This document shows positions 51,505 through 61,942 of a stretch of DNA of 64,000 nucleotides, piece by piece; the first letter of the stretch is position 1; each line of letters begins with the position of its first letter. Source of the DNA: a virus (lineage: Duplodnaviria; Caudoviricetes). The stretch lies in IMG/VR virus record IMGVR_UViG_3300012979_000027, positions 144,369 to 208,368 of that record. One strand, given 5' to 3'. Position numbers and translations under genes: made by a program. Below the pieces are notes generated by a model. It was given only the letters and a program-made list of their open reading frames with translations, was not told the DNA's origin and did no database searches.

Positions 51505-53476
51505 ATGGCAAGAATTCAAAATCCGCAAGACCAATATGGAAACTCACTTGTTACTCAGAGGGAATTTGATAGTTTTATAGAAAATCTTAAAATACCTGAA
51601 GAATTAGACATTAATTTGATTATGCAGGAGCTTAATCGTACTATTTTGATAGAAGTTAAAAAGCAAGTAGATGCAAGTATCAAAAATTTAAACATTAATA
51701 CGGGCGGAAATTCTAATAATGAAAATAATAATACCGAAAATATAACTTTTAATAATACATTACTTTCAATAGGTGGAGTAGATATTTCAACTGGTGAAAA
51801 TAAATTAGCAGTAGATACAAATAATGACGGACAAATAGATATTAATGAGTGTATAGCAAAAACCAATGCCATAAATTTTAGAGGTTCTTTAGTAAAAATT
51901 ATTCCCAATAGTAATGGTTCAGTAGATTTATGGTTTGGTGAAACACAAGACCCACCATTTTTTAATACTATTTCGGATTTTAATAATAATGAAAAATATA
52001 TATTTTCTAATTCATTTGGTTTATATGATATTCCTAAAAATATAACACCTGGAAAATTATATAATAAAGTTTCTAAAAAAACCGATACTCCTATAATTAA
52101 ACTTAATAATGGAAATGAATTAAGCCTTTCTAAAAATAGCGTTATTTCTGTACAAATTCTTAAGCGGAAATAATAATTCAATTATTTCTAAATTAATGAT
52201 TGAAGATGGAAAAATTTCGAAAAATTTTTCCACAGCAGCTGAAATTATATATGATTTAAAAGAAAATTCTGAAAAAGATGCTGAAGAGGGTTTTACACCT
52301 GGATTTATGCGTGGTACTATATCTGTTAAACTAAATAATTCAGCTATTTTTCAGAACGAGATAGGGGGCACTTATATTGTTAATGTAGATATCAATAATG
52401 CTACTAAATCAACATCTCAAGTTTTTGTCTATTCTGAAAATACTGATACACTACCTACTATTCTTGAAACGGGTTCTACTGCAATATATAAACCATATGA
52501 CAATTTAACTTATATATCAGGTATAGGATATGAATCAGGAGGAGAAGTATCATTAACCGTTGGAGATATATCAAATACCCATTATATGGTTACTAAAGAT
52601 TTGAAACGTATACATGTATCTGATACTTCAAATCAAGTTTCATTTACTGAAAATCCCCCTATTATAACAACAGTAAATGGTATTATAAGCTCTAATTATA
52701 TTAAAAAAGATACTGATTTGGTAAATGAAACAGCTACTTTTACATGGAATGAAACGGTACAGGCATCATCCCAGACTCCTTCTATAGTTTCTGGAAATAT
52801 TACTATTAAACCATACGGACAAGAAGGTACAACAGTCGGAAATGGTATTACAATTCCTATTGTTCGTCATGAGGATTATGAAGAAGAAAGATATCTTTAT
52901 ACGCAAAAAGAGACAATAAACTATAATTCAGATAATTTTTCCGGAGAAACAAATCGACTTTTAGGATATTTTGATGGTTCTAAATTAATTTTAGAAACAC
53001 CTTCAAATTATAATAGTGAAGAATCAATTAGCGATTCAAATTTAGCATCTTATTATAATAAACAAGCATTAGTTCAGGGTAATTATCTTAAGCATCCTAA
53101 AAATGATATAACTGGACAATATACAGATAATGCAACTGGTACACGTTATTTTATAAGAGAAATAAAAATGCCATCTGGAAATGACCAAAAAGAAATAGTA
53201 ACTATTAATGTTAAAAGTGGTATTAACGCTCTCGGTAATGAAAGTTCTCCTATTAAAATTTATGCAGTAAACAAAGATGATTTATCAAGATTTGTGCGTC
53301 TTGATGCTCCTACAAATATTTTAAATGGCGTTGCCGATAAAAACTTTAAAAATGGTACATGGACATGCCAAATACCTACAAATAAAATAAAAATATATCA
53401 AAATAAAGGTTTTTACCTTGTTATCGAAATGTCTGAAAATGCAGCATCCCTTGGTCCTATAACTCTAACATTCTAA
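51505..53476 (+). CDS. Tail structural protein (paralog of 42498..44513), interrupted by a +1 frameshift at CGG (52165-52167)
   Basis: 5' part matches NF.G.....N..G.VD.WF; 3' part matches DA..G.TPG..R, ISGI.Y...G...LTV, Q.LVQG..L.H.K and LV.EM of the single ORF 42498..44513. Junction reads ILK-G-NNNSIISKLMIEDG. Confidence 0.78.
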
Positions 53477-53486
53477 TTATATAAAT

Positions 53487-56400
53487 ATGTCATTCATAGC
53501 CGATAATCAAAAATATCATCCTTTTTCTAAATCTCCTGTTAAACCGGGTTCATCAGTAGGTATCGCTATTAATAAAAGCGGTCATACTGTATCAATTAAT
53601 GATATTCAATGTACAGATATTCCATGGTTTGTTAATATAGGAGCAGAAGAAGACCTTTCTGAAATACAACCATATGCCCGCCATAATGATATAGCATATT
53701 GGGGTTCTTTCAAATCAAATTCTGCTCAATGTAAAAAATTTAAAGCTAAAATAGAAGATGAAAATGGTAATTTAGTAGAATTACCAAAAAATGAATGTAT
53801 ATGGGAAGATTATAATGTTTTCTCTAGCGATACAATTCTTTCTAATGAAAATAATGAACCTGTTGTAAAATTTTATTATAAAAAGAATTTAGAAGGTATT
53901 TCAGCAGATAATAATGCAGGATTAGGAGCTAATAATTGGTCAGCATTTGTAATTGATGGTGAGGGTGATGATAAAAAATATATTGATCAATTTGTAGCAC
54001 CTACAGATAAAATTCATTCAAGATTGCCATCCATGGGATATAATCCTATAGTTTATATTAATGGTATAGCGATGGACGAATCAGAAGAAGACGAAGAATA
54101 TATTGCTAATACTTTTGCGGGAATAATTCAATTTAATAAAAAACGTACTGATTTGTCATCAATCAAAGTAAGTGTATTTGAATATATTGGCGATAAACTT
54201 GATAAATATATTTCTAATATACCAAATAATAAAGGTATACAGCTTATTCCTGGAACTGATAATGTTTCAGTAGAATTGTTAGAAAATGGAAACGAAATAA
54301 ATAAGTATTCCATTGCAGTTGATGGATATACGACTGAAGAAGCCGATTCTTTACTCAATAATAAAGCAGATAAAGATAATCTTTCTTCACATACTTCTGA
54401 CAACAATATTCATATTACAGCATCTGAACGTTCTAAATGGAATACGGTATCTCAGAAAACTGACCGCTTAACATTTCCTACTGGTTATACCAATTTTTAT
54501 GAGAATCAATATTATGTAACATCATATGGGTTTGAATATGTAGGATTAATAGAAGATGCATGGATTCAAAATATTGAAGTTAGTGTTGTTTTACCAGAAT
54601 TAAGAGATTCTTTAACTGAAATCAATCTATCATCTAACCCCTCTATAACACCTAATATAATAGGTGAAAAAGTTTGTAAAATACTTGTAGCGGAAGGTCT
54701 TAATGACGATTGGGGAGAAAAATTCAATAAAGATGATGATGAAATAGAATTAGGAACTTCTGAATATAATATTTGTGAAAAAGATAAAAATAATAGTTTA
54801 TTAGAAACTCTTAATTTCACTTTTGACCAACCTATATTTTTAAAGGCAAATAAAAATTATAGATTTTATTTTTATGATCGAGATGAAAATCTTTATGCAT
54901 TACCTATTATTGTTAATGTAGATGATTCTAACAATATTACTAATAGCAGAAAAGAAGTTGCTTCAAGAAATTTATATACTAGATATGACTATTTTGGTGT
55001 CTGGGGCAGTGGCGGTAGTATGCCAGCTCCGTACGCTCCATATGGTCTAAAGGTAAAATTGAGTAAAGATATATATTCTGCCTTTGTCGCGCATGAAAAT
55101 AATAACGATATTCACGTAACTAAAACTGATAGAGATAATTGGAATAATTCTTGGGAAAATGCTATTTCAGAAGAAAAATATACAATAACTGAATATGATA
55201 AAATTAGTGGAGACTATACTACATTTGTATTACCGTATAATATAGTTCCGGTAGGTTCTTCTATTAATACTGTAAAATTAGAAATAACACAGGGTTCTCC
55301 GGGCGCTAGTGCATACCTTGGGGCAGGTCTTTTATTTACAGATGGAAGCACAAAATTATTGAGAGTCTCTAATAATGCCGAATCTATATCCTCCAGGAGT
55401 ATTTTAACTTGGTACTTTGATGAAGCATTAGAATTAGAAGAAAATTCTCGATTTGTATTTTATCTTCTCAAAAATAAAGAAGACTTTATCTCTCCTCATC
55501 CGTTAGTAAGTTCAGATGTAAGAATTTGTTCGAGAACTGCAAGGGTTGTACCAGGGACAGATTATTCAAGTTGGGATAATGTTATATCTAATTTGAATTA
55601 CGGATTTATTGCTAACGCAGTAAACCTTGAAGCTGGTAACTATAATAGCATGTGGGATGAGTATCCCGTTTGTACCTTATCTAAAATACACCATGTTAAT
55701 AATGATATTAGGCATTTTAAAGAAGGTGAACATGAACAATTATTCTCGGATGAAAAATTAATTTTTGATTCTGAAAAAAATGTATTATCTACTGGTACTG
55801 GCCAATATTATGGCATACGTTATATACCATCTGAAACATTTAAATTTAATAAAATATCTATAATTCGTGACCAAGCTGCATCGGTAATTGGTTCTAAATA
55901 TTTGTTTATTTTCAAAGAAGAAGATAATACTAAAGTTTTTGTTCAGAAATGTAATACGCGTCCTGGTTCTATTATAATAGATAATATTTGCACTTGGGAA
56001 TTTGAGCCAACTTTATTAGAAAAAGATGGCAAATACTTTATAATTTTCAAAGATGATGAAAATGAAACATATAGCAAAAGTTTTGTTCGACTTCAAGCTT
56101 TAAAACAAAATTCTGCAAGTGAATCTTTATACTTTATTAATGATAGTGACCAAGAGACAAGCACCTCTTATGTACCAAATATAAAAATTTATGGTGAAGG
56201 GCGCCTTTTTGCGACTATAGATGAACTAAATGCACACACTTCAGATGATTCTATTCATGTAACACAAGCAGAAAAAGATATTTGGAATGCTGGTGGAAAT
56301 GCTCTTCAAGAAATTATAGAAGGTGACCATATTGAAGTAGATGGTAATACAATAGGAGTTGACACCTCCAGTTTAGTTGCCGATACTACATTCATTACTA

Positions 56401-57872
56401 AAGTAAATGAGTTAGCTACAGCCAAAGCAAATACAGCAGTAGGAAATCATGAAAATAGTACAACAAATCTTCATGTTACTCAAACTGAAAAAAATGATTG
56501 GAATAGCAAACTTAGTTCCATTTCTGCTTCTAGCAGTAATAATTATGTAGGAGCATCTGTTAATAATGATAATGAAGTTGTAATATCTCCCAATGTTGTT
56601 AATGATATTTCTGTTGTTGAAACAGGTAAACTTATTGATGCAAATACAATTAAGAGTTATGTTGATGAACACACTTCCGATAGCGATATTCATGTAACAA
56701 TTGATGATAAAAATAATTGGAATACAAGTAATATAGAGTATAAAGCGCTCAATAAAGACGTTACTTCATATAAAGATGGGGTTTTAACGTATAGAAATGG
56801 AAACACTGAAAATATTAATTTAGAAAAAACTATTTCAGCGCAATATGCATTTGGCAAATACTCAAATTCATCTGCCAATACAATAAGTGAATTTAATTTA
56901 AGAACTATTAAAGATGATTATACAATAAATGATGGCGCAAATTATGAAAATGACTGTGTAGTTTCTGATGATGAAACAGTTAATACATTGGCTAATCTTA
57001 TTAACGGGCGAGGTATGTTTTTACGTTCCAACCTAACAACTTTTAACGATGAATTACCATGTTTAATGTTAGGTGATAATATGTTTAAAAATTCAACATC
57101 TTTATCTAATTTCAGATCACCATTGCCTTCGTTAACTTGTGCAGGAGGAATGTTTAGAGGTTGTACCAAATTAACTACATTTAGAACTAAACTACCTAGT
57201 CTTTCTCGCGCTAAATCAATGTTTAATGACGATGATGAGTTAACAACAGTAGATACATGTCTTCCAAATTTAACGTATGGAAATAATATGTTTTCTAATT
57301 GTCCCAAGTTAACAACTGTTAACTTGTCTTCTACGTCTTTGAGTAATTTATACGACGGAACATTTATGTTCCATCATAATACAGCTAGAGATTTTAATAA
57401 ATTTAGAGGCGATTTATCATCTCTCGAAACAGCAGAATACATGTTTACGGGTTGTCGTCTAGACCTTGAATCTGTGACTCGAATAGCAGATACTATAAGA
57501 GATTGGTCAAATGATAATTCTAGTCCATGCGCACATAGGATTGGTATAGGTATTAATTCTAAATCAAGTTGGACTAATTGGAATAAATTTGAAGAGCAAA
57601 GAACTCGTATCACAAATAAAGGATGGATAATTGCGCAATGGCAAGAAAATGGTGTCGATCCAGAACCAGTGGAATCCACAGCATTAACATATTATTATGC
57701 TAAACCGGCATCTGGTTACGCATCCCCTGAATATATAGATGAAAATGGTAATAAAGTTACATTAATTTTAACCCATTATACTGATTGTAAGGATGAATAT
57801 GAAATAGTATCTTCTCGTGAAGAAGCAGAAATTCGCTTTAAACTTACAAAAATAGAAAAAGTTGAAGAATAA
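53487..57872 (+). CDS. Tail fibre-like protein (paralog of 44547..48260)
   Basis: Shared HxFSKSP..PGS..G.A.N.SGHTVS, NEN.EPVV.F, QFVAPTD, YIAN.FAGIIQFN; HxxDxxIHVT repeats; C-terminal LRR-like L..G..MF units. Confidence 0.75.
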   Translation: MSFIADNQKYHPFSKSPVKPGSSVGIAINKSGHTVSINDIQCTDIPWFVNIGAEEDLSEIQPYARHNDIAYWGSFKSNSAQCKKFKAKIEDENGNLVELPKNECIWEDYNVFSSDTILSNENNEPVVKFYYKKNLEGISADNNAGLGANNWSAFVIDGEGDDKKYIDQFVAPTDKIHSRLPSMGYNPIVYINGIAMDESEEDEEYIANTFAGIIQFNKKRTDLSSIKVSVFEYIGDKLDKYISNIPNNKGIQLIPGTDNVSVELLENGNEINKYSIAVDGYTTEEADSLLNNKADKDNLSSHTSDNNIHITASERSKWNTVSQKTDRLTFPTGYTNFYENQYYVTSYGFEYVGLIEDAWIQNIEVSVVLPELRDSLTEINLSSNPSITPNIIGEKVCKILVAEGLNDDWGEKFNKDDDEIELGTSEYNICEKDKNNSLLETLNFTFDQPIFLKANKNYRFYFYDRDENLYALPIIVNVDDSNNITNSRKEVASRNLYTRYDYFGVWGSGGSMPAPYAPYGLKVKLSKDIYSAFVAHENNNDIHVTKTDRDNWNNSWENAISEEKYTITEYDKISGDYTTFVLPYNIVPVGSSINTVKLEITQGSPGASAYLGAGLLFTDGSTKLLRVSNNAESISSRSILTWYFDEALELEENSRFVFYLLKNKEDFISPHPLVSSDVRICSRTARVVPGTDYSSWDNVISNLNYGFIANAVNLEAGNYNSMWDEYPVCTLSKIHHVNNDIRHFKEGEHEQLFSDEKLIFDSEKNVLSTGTGQYYGIRYIPSETFKFNKISIIRDQAASVIGSKYLFIFKEEDNTKVFVQKCNTRPGSIIIDNICTWEFEPTLLEKDGKYFIIFKDDENETYSKSFVRLQALKQNSASESLYFINDSDQETSTSYVPNIKIYGEGRLFATIDELNAHTSDDSIHVTQAEKDIWNAGGNALQEIIEGDHIEVDGNTIGVDTSSLVADTTFITKVNELATAKANTAVGNHENSTTNLHVTQTEKNDWNSKLSSISASSSNNYVGASVNNDNEVVISPNVVNDISVVETGKLIDANTIKSYVDEHTSDSDIHVTIDDKNNWNTSNIEYKALNKDVTSYKDGVLTYRNGNTENINLEKTISAQYAFGKYSNSSANTISEFNLRTIKDDYTINDGANYENDCVVSDDETVNTLANLINGRGMFLRSNLTTFNDELPCLMLGDNMFKNSTSLSNFRSPLPSLTCAGGMFRGCTKLTTFRTKLPSLSRAKSMFNDDDELTTVDTCLPNLTYGNNMFSNCPKLTTVNLSSTSLSNLYDGTFMFHHNTARDFNKFRGDLSSLETAEYMFTGCRLDLESVTRIADTIRDWSNDNSSPCAHRIGIGINSKSSWTNWNKFEEQRTRITNKGWIIAQWQENGVDPEPVESTALTYYYAKPASGYASPEYIDENGNKVTLILTHYTDCKDEYEIVSSREEAEIRFKLTKIEKVEE

Positions 57873-57894
57873 TCTAATTTTTTTATAAAAATTA

Positions 57895-57925
57895 AAAAAT
57901 CCTTAACATTTAGTTGAGGATTTTT
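57895..57925 (+). terminator. Hairpin terminator ending the tail operon
   Basis: aaaaatccttaac-attta-gttgaggattttt. Confidence 0.65.
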
Positions 57926-58065
57926 CTTTTTAATATCTGATTTATTATTAATAATTTTTAACTGTTGCCTTCAATTTTTACTTTTATCTTTCCAGAACAG
58001 TACCAAAATAATTTTATATTTTATAGATTTTTCCGAATAGTCGGACTTTTAAATAAACTATTATT

Positions 58066-60987
58066 ATGGTAAAAGGAACTCTTATTAATTGTAGTGATAC
58101 TGTAAATGAATATATTAACCGAGAAGACTGGCGAATTAAAGGTAATGCTAATACGGGTTATTCAGGGGCTGGTTTGATTAATAATATTGCAGGCAAAGTG
58201 GTCGCTAATTGGTGGTTAGATGAAGTTTATACTAAAGATGAAGGTGATGCACATCGTAATGCAGACTATCATATTCATGACCTAGATATCCTCGGAGGGT
58301 ATTGTATAGGGCATGACCTGCAGAAGCTCCTTCAAGAGGGTTTCAATGGTGTTGTGTCTAGAGTAGGTGCGAAACCTCCCAAGCATTTCCGTGAAGCACT
58401 TTATCAGATGGCTAATTATATCGGAATTTTGCAAGCAGAATGGGCAGGTGCGCAAGCATTTTCATCTTTTGATACTCTTCTTGCTCCTTATGTATTTTAT
58501 GATATGAATATAGAGGGCCTTGATGAGCGAGGTGTAAAGAAAGCAATTATTAATTTTGTTTATAATCTTAATGTTCCCTCTAGGTGGGGGCAGTGTGTAC
58601 CTGCTTCATATCGTTGTTTAAAGGCGGATGGCACTTGGGTAAATTATGAGAATTTACAAATTGGTGATGAAATTTATGTAATTGATATGGAAACGGGGCT
58701 CTTGAAGAAAGATAAGATCACTCATCTTAATCTTTTTGATGCTCCGAAAAAGATGCATCATTATGCAAATAAAGCTAATGGCTTTAATTTTGAGGTAACC
58801 CCAAATCATCGTGTAATTTATAAAACGGGTTCTAATAATCTAAAGATTAAGGAATCTGCTGAACTACTTGATTATGACATGATTGGTATTCCGATTGCAC
58901 CTTGGGGTAAGCATACGCCTGAATCATTTATGTCTAATGAATATGATATTCAGGACGAACTTCTTGAACTTATTGCATATATTATTACTGATGGAACTAT
59001 TGTAAAACAAGAAGGAAAACAGACTTGTATTTCTTGGTTTAAATCGCCACGTCGTTTTGGTATTGAACGATTTGAAGAGCTTTGCGATATTCTTAATATC
59101 ACTTATTCCCGTCGAAAAGATGAATCATCTAAGTTTGAAGGTTCATTTGTCTATGAGTATCGCATGAATATTTCAGAGAATACAAATAAAATTATTGAAC
59201 TTTTAAATGGTACCAAACATGAAGTGCCTGAATTTATGCAGCATTTATCCCCGCGTCAATGTTATATTATTTTAGATGCTTGGGTTTTAATGGATGGTCA
59301 CTTTGATGGAGCTCATTGGAAGATGCAGGCTGATAATAAGAAACTTCAAGAGATGCTTGCATATCTTGCAATTAAGGCAGGTAAAGCTGTTTCTTTAAAT
59401 GAGCGATTAATTGGTGCTAATAAGAATGCGACTATCTATGCAAATCTTCACAAACGTCAGATTCGTTCTTGTGTTGTATCTGAGGTAGAAGCGTCTTGTG
59501 AAAAGGTTTGGTGTCCTACAACTGAAACTGGTACATTTGTATGTATGACAGATGAAGGTTATGTATTTCTTACCGGTAATTCACCATTTTCAAATCTTAC
59601 AATTGATTGGACAGTACCACCTTCTTTAAAGGATTTAGTACCAATGTATAATGATATTCCATACTTTGTTAAGGTTTTTAATGATTCTATTAAAGAAAAC
59701 TATGAAAAGATGATTAAGTATCGTGGAATGTTTGGGCCTGGAGATTCAAAGGAAATCGAATTTATTGACAAAGTTCGCGAACGTCTAAATGATTATGAAT
59801 CTGATGAAGAAACATTGATGTACTCTCTTACCTACAAGCATTTCCAAAAGGAGATGGACATTATTAATCGCTGCTTCTATCAGGTTCTTACAGAAGGTGA
59901 TAAAGACGGTCAGCCATTTACTTTCCCGATTCCGACTGTGAATATTACAGAAGATTTTGATTGGAATAATCCTAACTGTAAGTATCTTTTTGAAAATACA
60001 GCTAAGTACGGACATTCATATTTCCAGAATTTCATTGGTTCACAATATCTTCGCGATGAAAATGGTAAGCTGACTATTAAAGACCCAAATGCTTATTCTC
60101 CTAATGATGTAAGAAGTATGTGCTGTAGACTTCAATTAGATAAGAAAGCCCTTCGTAAACGCGGTGGCGGTCTATTTGGTTCTGATGCACAGACAGGTTC
60201 TATTGGAGTAGTAACTATCAATATGGCTCGCCTTGGTTACCTTTTTAAGGGTGATATGGTTGGGCTTAAAAATCGTCTTAAAGAACTTTGCAATATGGCT
60301 TCATCTACTCTTGAAAAGAAGCGTAAGATTGTCCAAAAATATAATGATGAAGGTCTTTATCCTTATACCCGCCGTTATGTAAAAACACTTGATACATTCT
60401 TCTCTACAATCGGTGTAAATGGCATGAATGAGATGGTTCGTAATTTTACCGATGATGAGTATGATATTACAGATATGCGAGGGCAACAAATGGCCAAAGA
60501 TATTCTTGATTATATAAATGAACTTATTCTTGGTTATCAAGAAACAACCGGAACATTATATAATCTTGAAGGCGTACCAGCCGAAGGAACCACATATAGA
60601 TTTGCAAAGGAAGATATTAAACGTTTCCCTGATATTATTCAGGCTGGTTATCCTGAAGCACCTTATTATACAAATAGTTCGCAGCTTCCGGTTGATTTCA
60701 GTGATGACCCGTTTGCAGTGTTGGACCTTCAAGATGAGCTGCAAAAGAAATATACAGGAGGTACGGTGCTCCACCTTTATATGACCGAGCGAATTTCCAC
60801 TCCGGAAGCATGTAAGCAGTTGGTTAAGAAGGTTTTATCAAATTATCGTCTTCCCTATATTTCTATAACTCCTTCATTCTCAGTATGTCCGAAACATGGT
60901 TATATCGCAGGTGCTCACGATTTCTGTCCTCTCTGTGATAAGGAAATTATGGCAAGACACGCTAAAGAGGTAGATATGAATACTTGA
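58066..60987 (+). CDS. nrdD: Anaerobic (class III) ribonucleotide reductase large subunit with an intein; lacks the C-terminal glycyl-radical segment
   Basis: HIHDLD, EWAGAQAF, FTFPIPT, VRSMCCRL, TGSIGVVT.N, YYTNS, TGGTV.H, CPKHG..CPLC. Confidence 0.93.
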   Translation: MVKGTLINCSDTVNEYINREDWRIKGNANTGYSGAGLINNIAGKVVANWWLDEVYTKDEGDAHRNADYHIHDLDILGGYCIGHDLQKLLQEGFNGVVSRVGAKPPKHFREALYQMANYIGILQAEWAGAQAFSSFDTLLAPYVFYDMNIEGLDERGVKKAIINFVYNLNVPSRWGQCVPASYRCLKADGTWVNYENLQIGDEIYVIDMETGLLKKDKITHLNLFDAPKKMHHYANKANGFNFEVTPNHRVIYKTGSNNLKIKESAELLDYDMIGIPIAPWGKHTPESFMSNEYDIQDELLELIAYIITDGTIVKQEGKQTCISWFKSPRRFGIERFEELCDILNITYSRRKDESSKFEGSFVYEYRMNISENTNKIIELLNGTKHEVPEFMQHLSPRQCYIILDAWVLMDGHFDGAHWKMQADNKKLQEMLAYLAIKAGKAVSLNERLIGANKNATIYANLHKRQIRSCVVSEVEASCEKVWCPTTETGTFVCMTDEGYVFLTGNSPFSNLTIDWTVPPSLKDLVPMYNDIPYFVKVFNDSIKENYEKMIKYRGMFGPGDSKEIEFIDKVRERLNDYESDEETLMYSLTYKHFQKEMDIINRCFYQVLTEGDKDGQPFTFPIPTVNITEDFDWNNPNCKYLFENTAKYGHSYFQNFIGSQYLRDENGKLTIKDPNAYSPNDVRSMCCRLQLDKKALRKRGGGLFGSDAQTGSIGVVTINMARLGYLFKGDMVGLKNRLKELCNMASSTLEKKRKIVQKYNDEGLYPYTRRYVKTLDTFFSTIGVNGMNEMVRNFTDDEYDITDMRGQQMAKDILDYINELILGYQETTGTLYNLEGVPAEGTTYRFAKEDIKRFPDIIQAGYPEAPYYTNSSQLPVDFSDDPFAVLDLQDELQKKYTGGTVLHLYMTERISTPEACKQLVKKVLSNYRLPYISITPSFSVCPKHGYIAGAHDFCPLCDKEIMARHAKEVDMNT
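58594..59580 (+). mobile_element. Intein (329 aa) with LAGLIDADG homing endonuclease
   Basis: RWGQ|CVPAS...VTPNHRV (block B), IAYIITDG and WVLMDG (LAGLIDADG), KVWCPTT..GTFV...TGN|SPFSN. Confidence 0.92.
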
Positions 60988-61107
60988 AAAATTTTTAGAA
61001 AAAAGTTTTTCTTTAACAAGCTATTGAAGTTCAAGTAGATGGCTTGTTTATTACTAAAATTTAGCTAATTTTTAAAGATAAGGTAAGAATTAAATACTTT
61101 TACAATT

Positions 61108-61269
61108 ATGTCAAGAATTGAATTATTGAAGAAATATGAAGCCGAACGCACGCCAACTCTCTGTTACACCCGTTGCATGGGTTATATCCGACCGGTTGCT
61201 GCGTTTAATCCAGGAAAAGTAAGTGAATATAAACAGCGTGTTTTCTTTACTGAATCCAAGTCAATCTAA
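61108..61269 (+). CDS. Separate NrdD C-terminal glycyl-radical peptide (not in the ORF track)
   Basis: MSRIELLKKYEAERTPTLCYTRCMGYIRPVAAFNPGKVSEYKQRVFL: YxRxxGY.RP...N.GK..E...R motif. Confidence 0.88.
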   Translation: MSRIELLKKYEAERTPTLCYTRCMGYIRPVAAFNPGKVSEYKQRVFFTESKSI

Positions 61270-61296
61270 AATTAAAGAAAAAAAAAAATCTAAGCG

Positions 61297-61324
61297 AAGG
61301 GTCAGACTAAAATCTGACCTTTTT
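61297..61324 (+). terminator. Hairpin terminator
   Basis: agggtcaga-ctaaaa-tctgaccttttt. Confidence 0.65.
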
Positions 61325-61354
61325 AATTTTTAGAACTTGAGCATATAAAATTAT

Positions 61355-61942
61355 ATGATTACTTCTAAAGAACGTTATTTTGCAGAAAGTTCAGATCGTA
61401 CACATACCCTGCTGGCTCAAATTAAGACTAAGAATAATGAGTGGGTTGATTACGAAAAATGTTATTCTAAGGCAGGTTTTTCGCCTCAAGACTATGCATG
61501 GCATTGGATAAGTTTGTGGGGTAGAGCAAGTATTTTGAATAAAATCAAGAATCCAGAAGTTCGTATTTTAAATGGTATGAGAAAGCAAGTCTATAGTAAT
61601 GCTGCTCATATTATTAATGAGCTTTTTGGATGTATTGGTACAAATAGCGATTTTAAATCATGCCCGTTTGTAGATAGGAAAAGTTGTCGTCCCTTTGCAT
61701 ATGATGCAAAGATTGCTTCTATTCGATTTAAGAATTCGGAACTTGCGGATATTCTCATTACCGATATCGAAACTGAAGAGGGTTGGAATAAGTTTGTAAA
61801 GGTTTTGCAGGACCTTTCTTTCCAGAATGATGGTTTTAAGACTTTTAATCAGGCTACTCTTACATCAGATGATAATAATCTTCACTGGTATAAGGTTAAG
61901 TGTAATTCAGGTCTTCAATTCTCTTTTGCTCTTTACGCTTAA
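61355..61942 (+). CDS. Hypothetical protein
   Basis: TAGAACT motif upstream; 195 aa. Confidence 0.6.
   Translation: MITSKERYFAESSDRTHTLLAQIKTKNNEWVDYEKCYSKAGFSPQDYAWHWISLWGRASILNKIKNPEVRILNGMRKQVYSNAAHIINELFGCIGTNSDFKSCPFVDRKSCRPFAYDAKIASIRFKNSELADILITDIETEEGWNKFVKVLQDLSFQNDGFKTFNQATLTSDDNNLHWYKVKCNSGLQFSFALYA

Noticed and set aside
60988-61107. Group I intron or frameshift joining nrdD to the glycyl-radical peptide
   Set aside because: The gap is only 120 AT-rich nt with no recognisable intron core, and the small ORF has its own ATG and late-type box.
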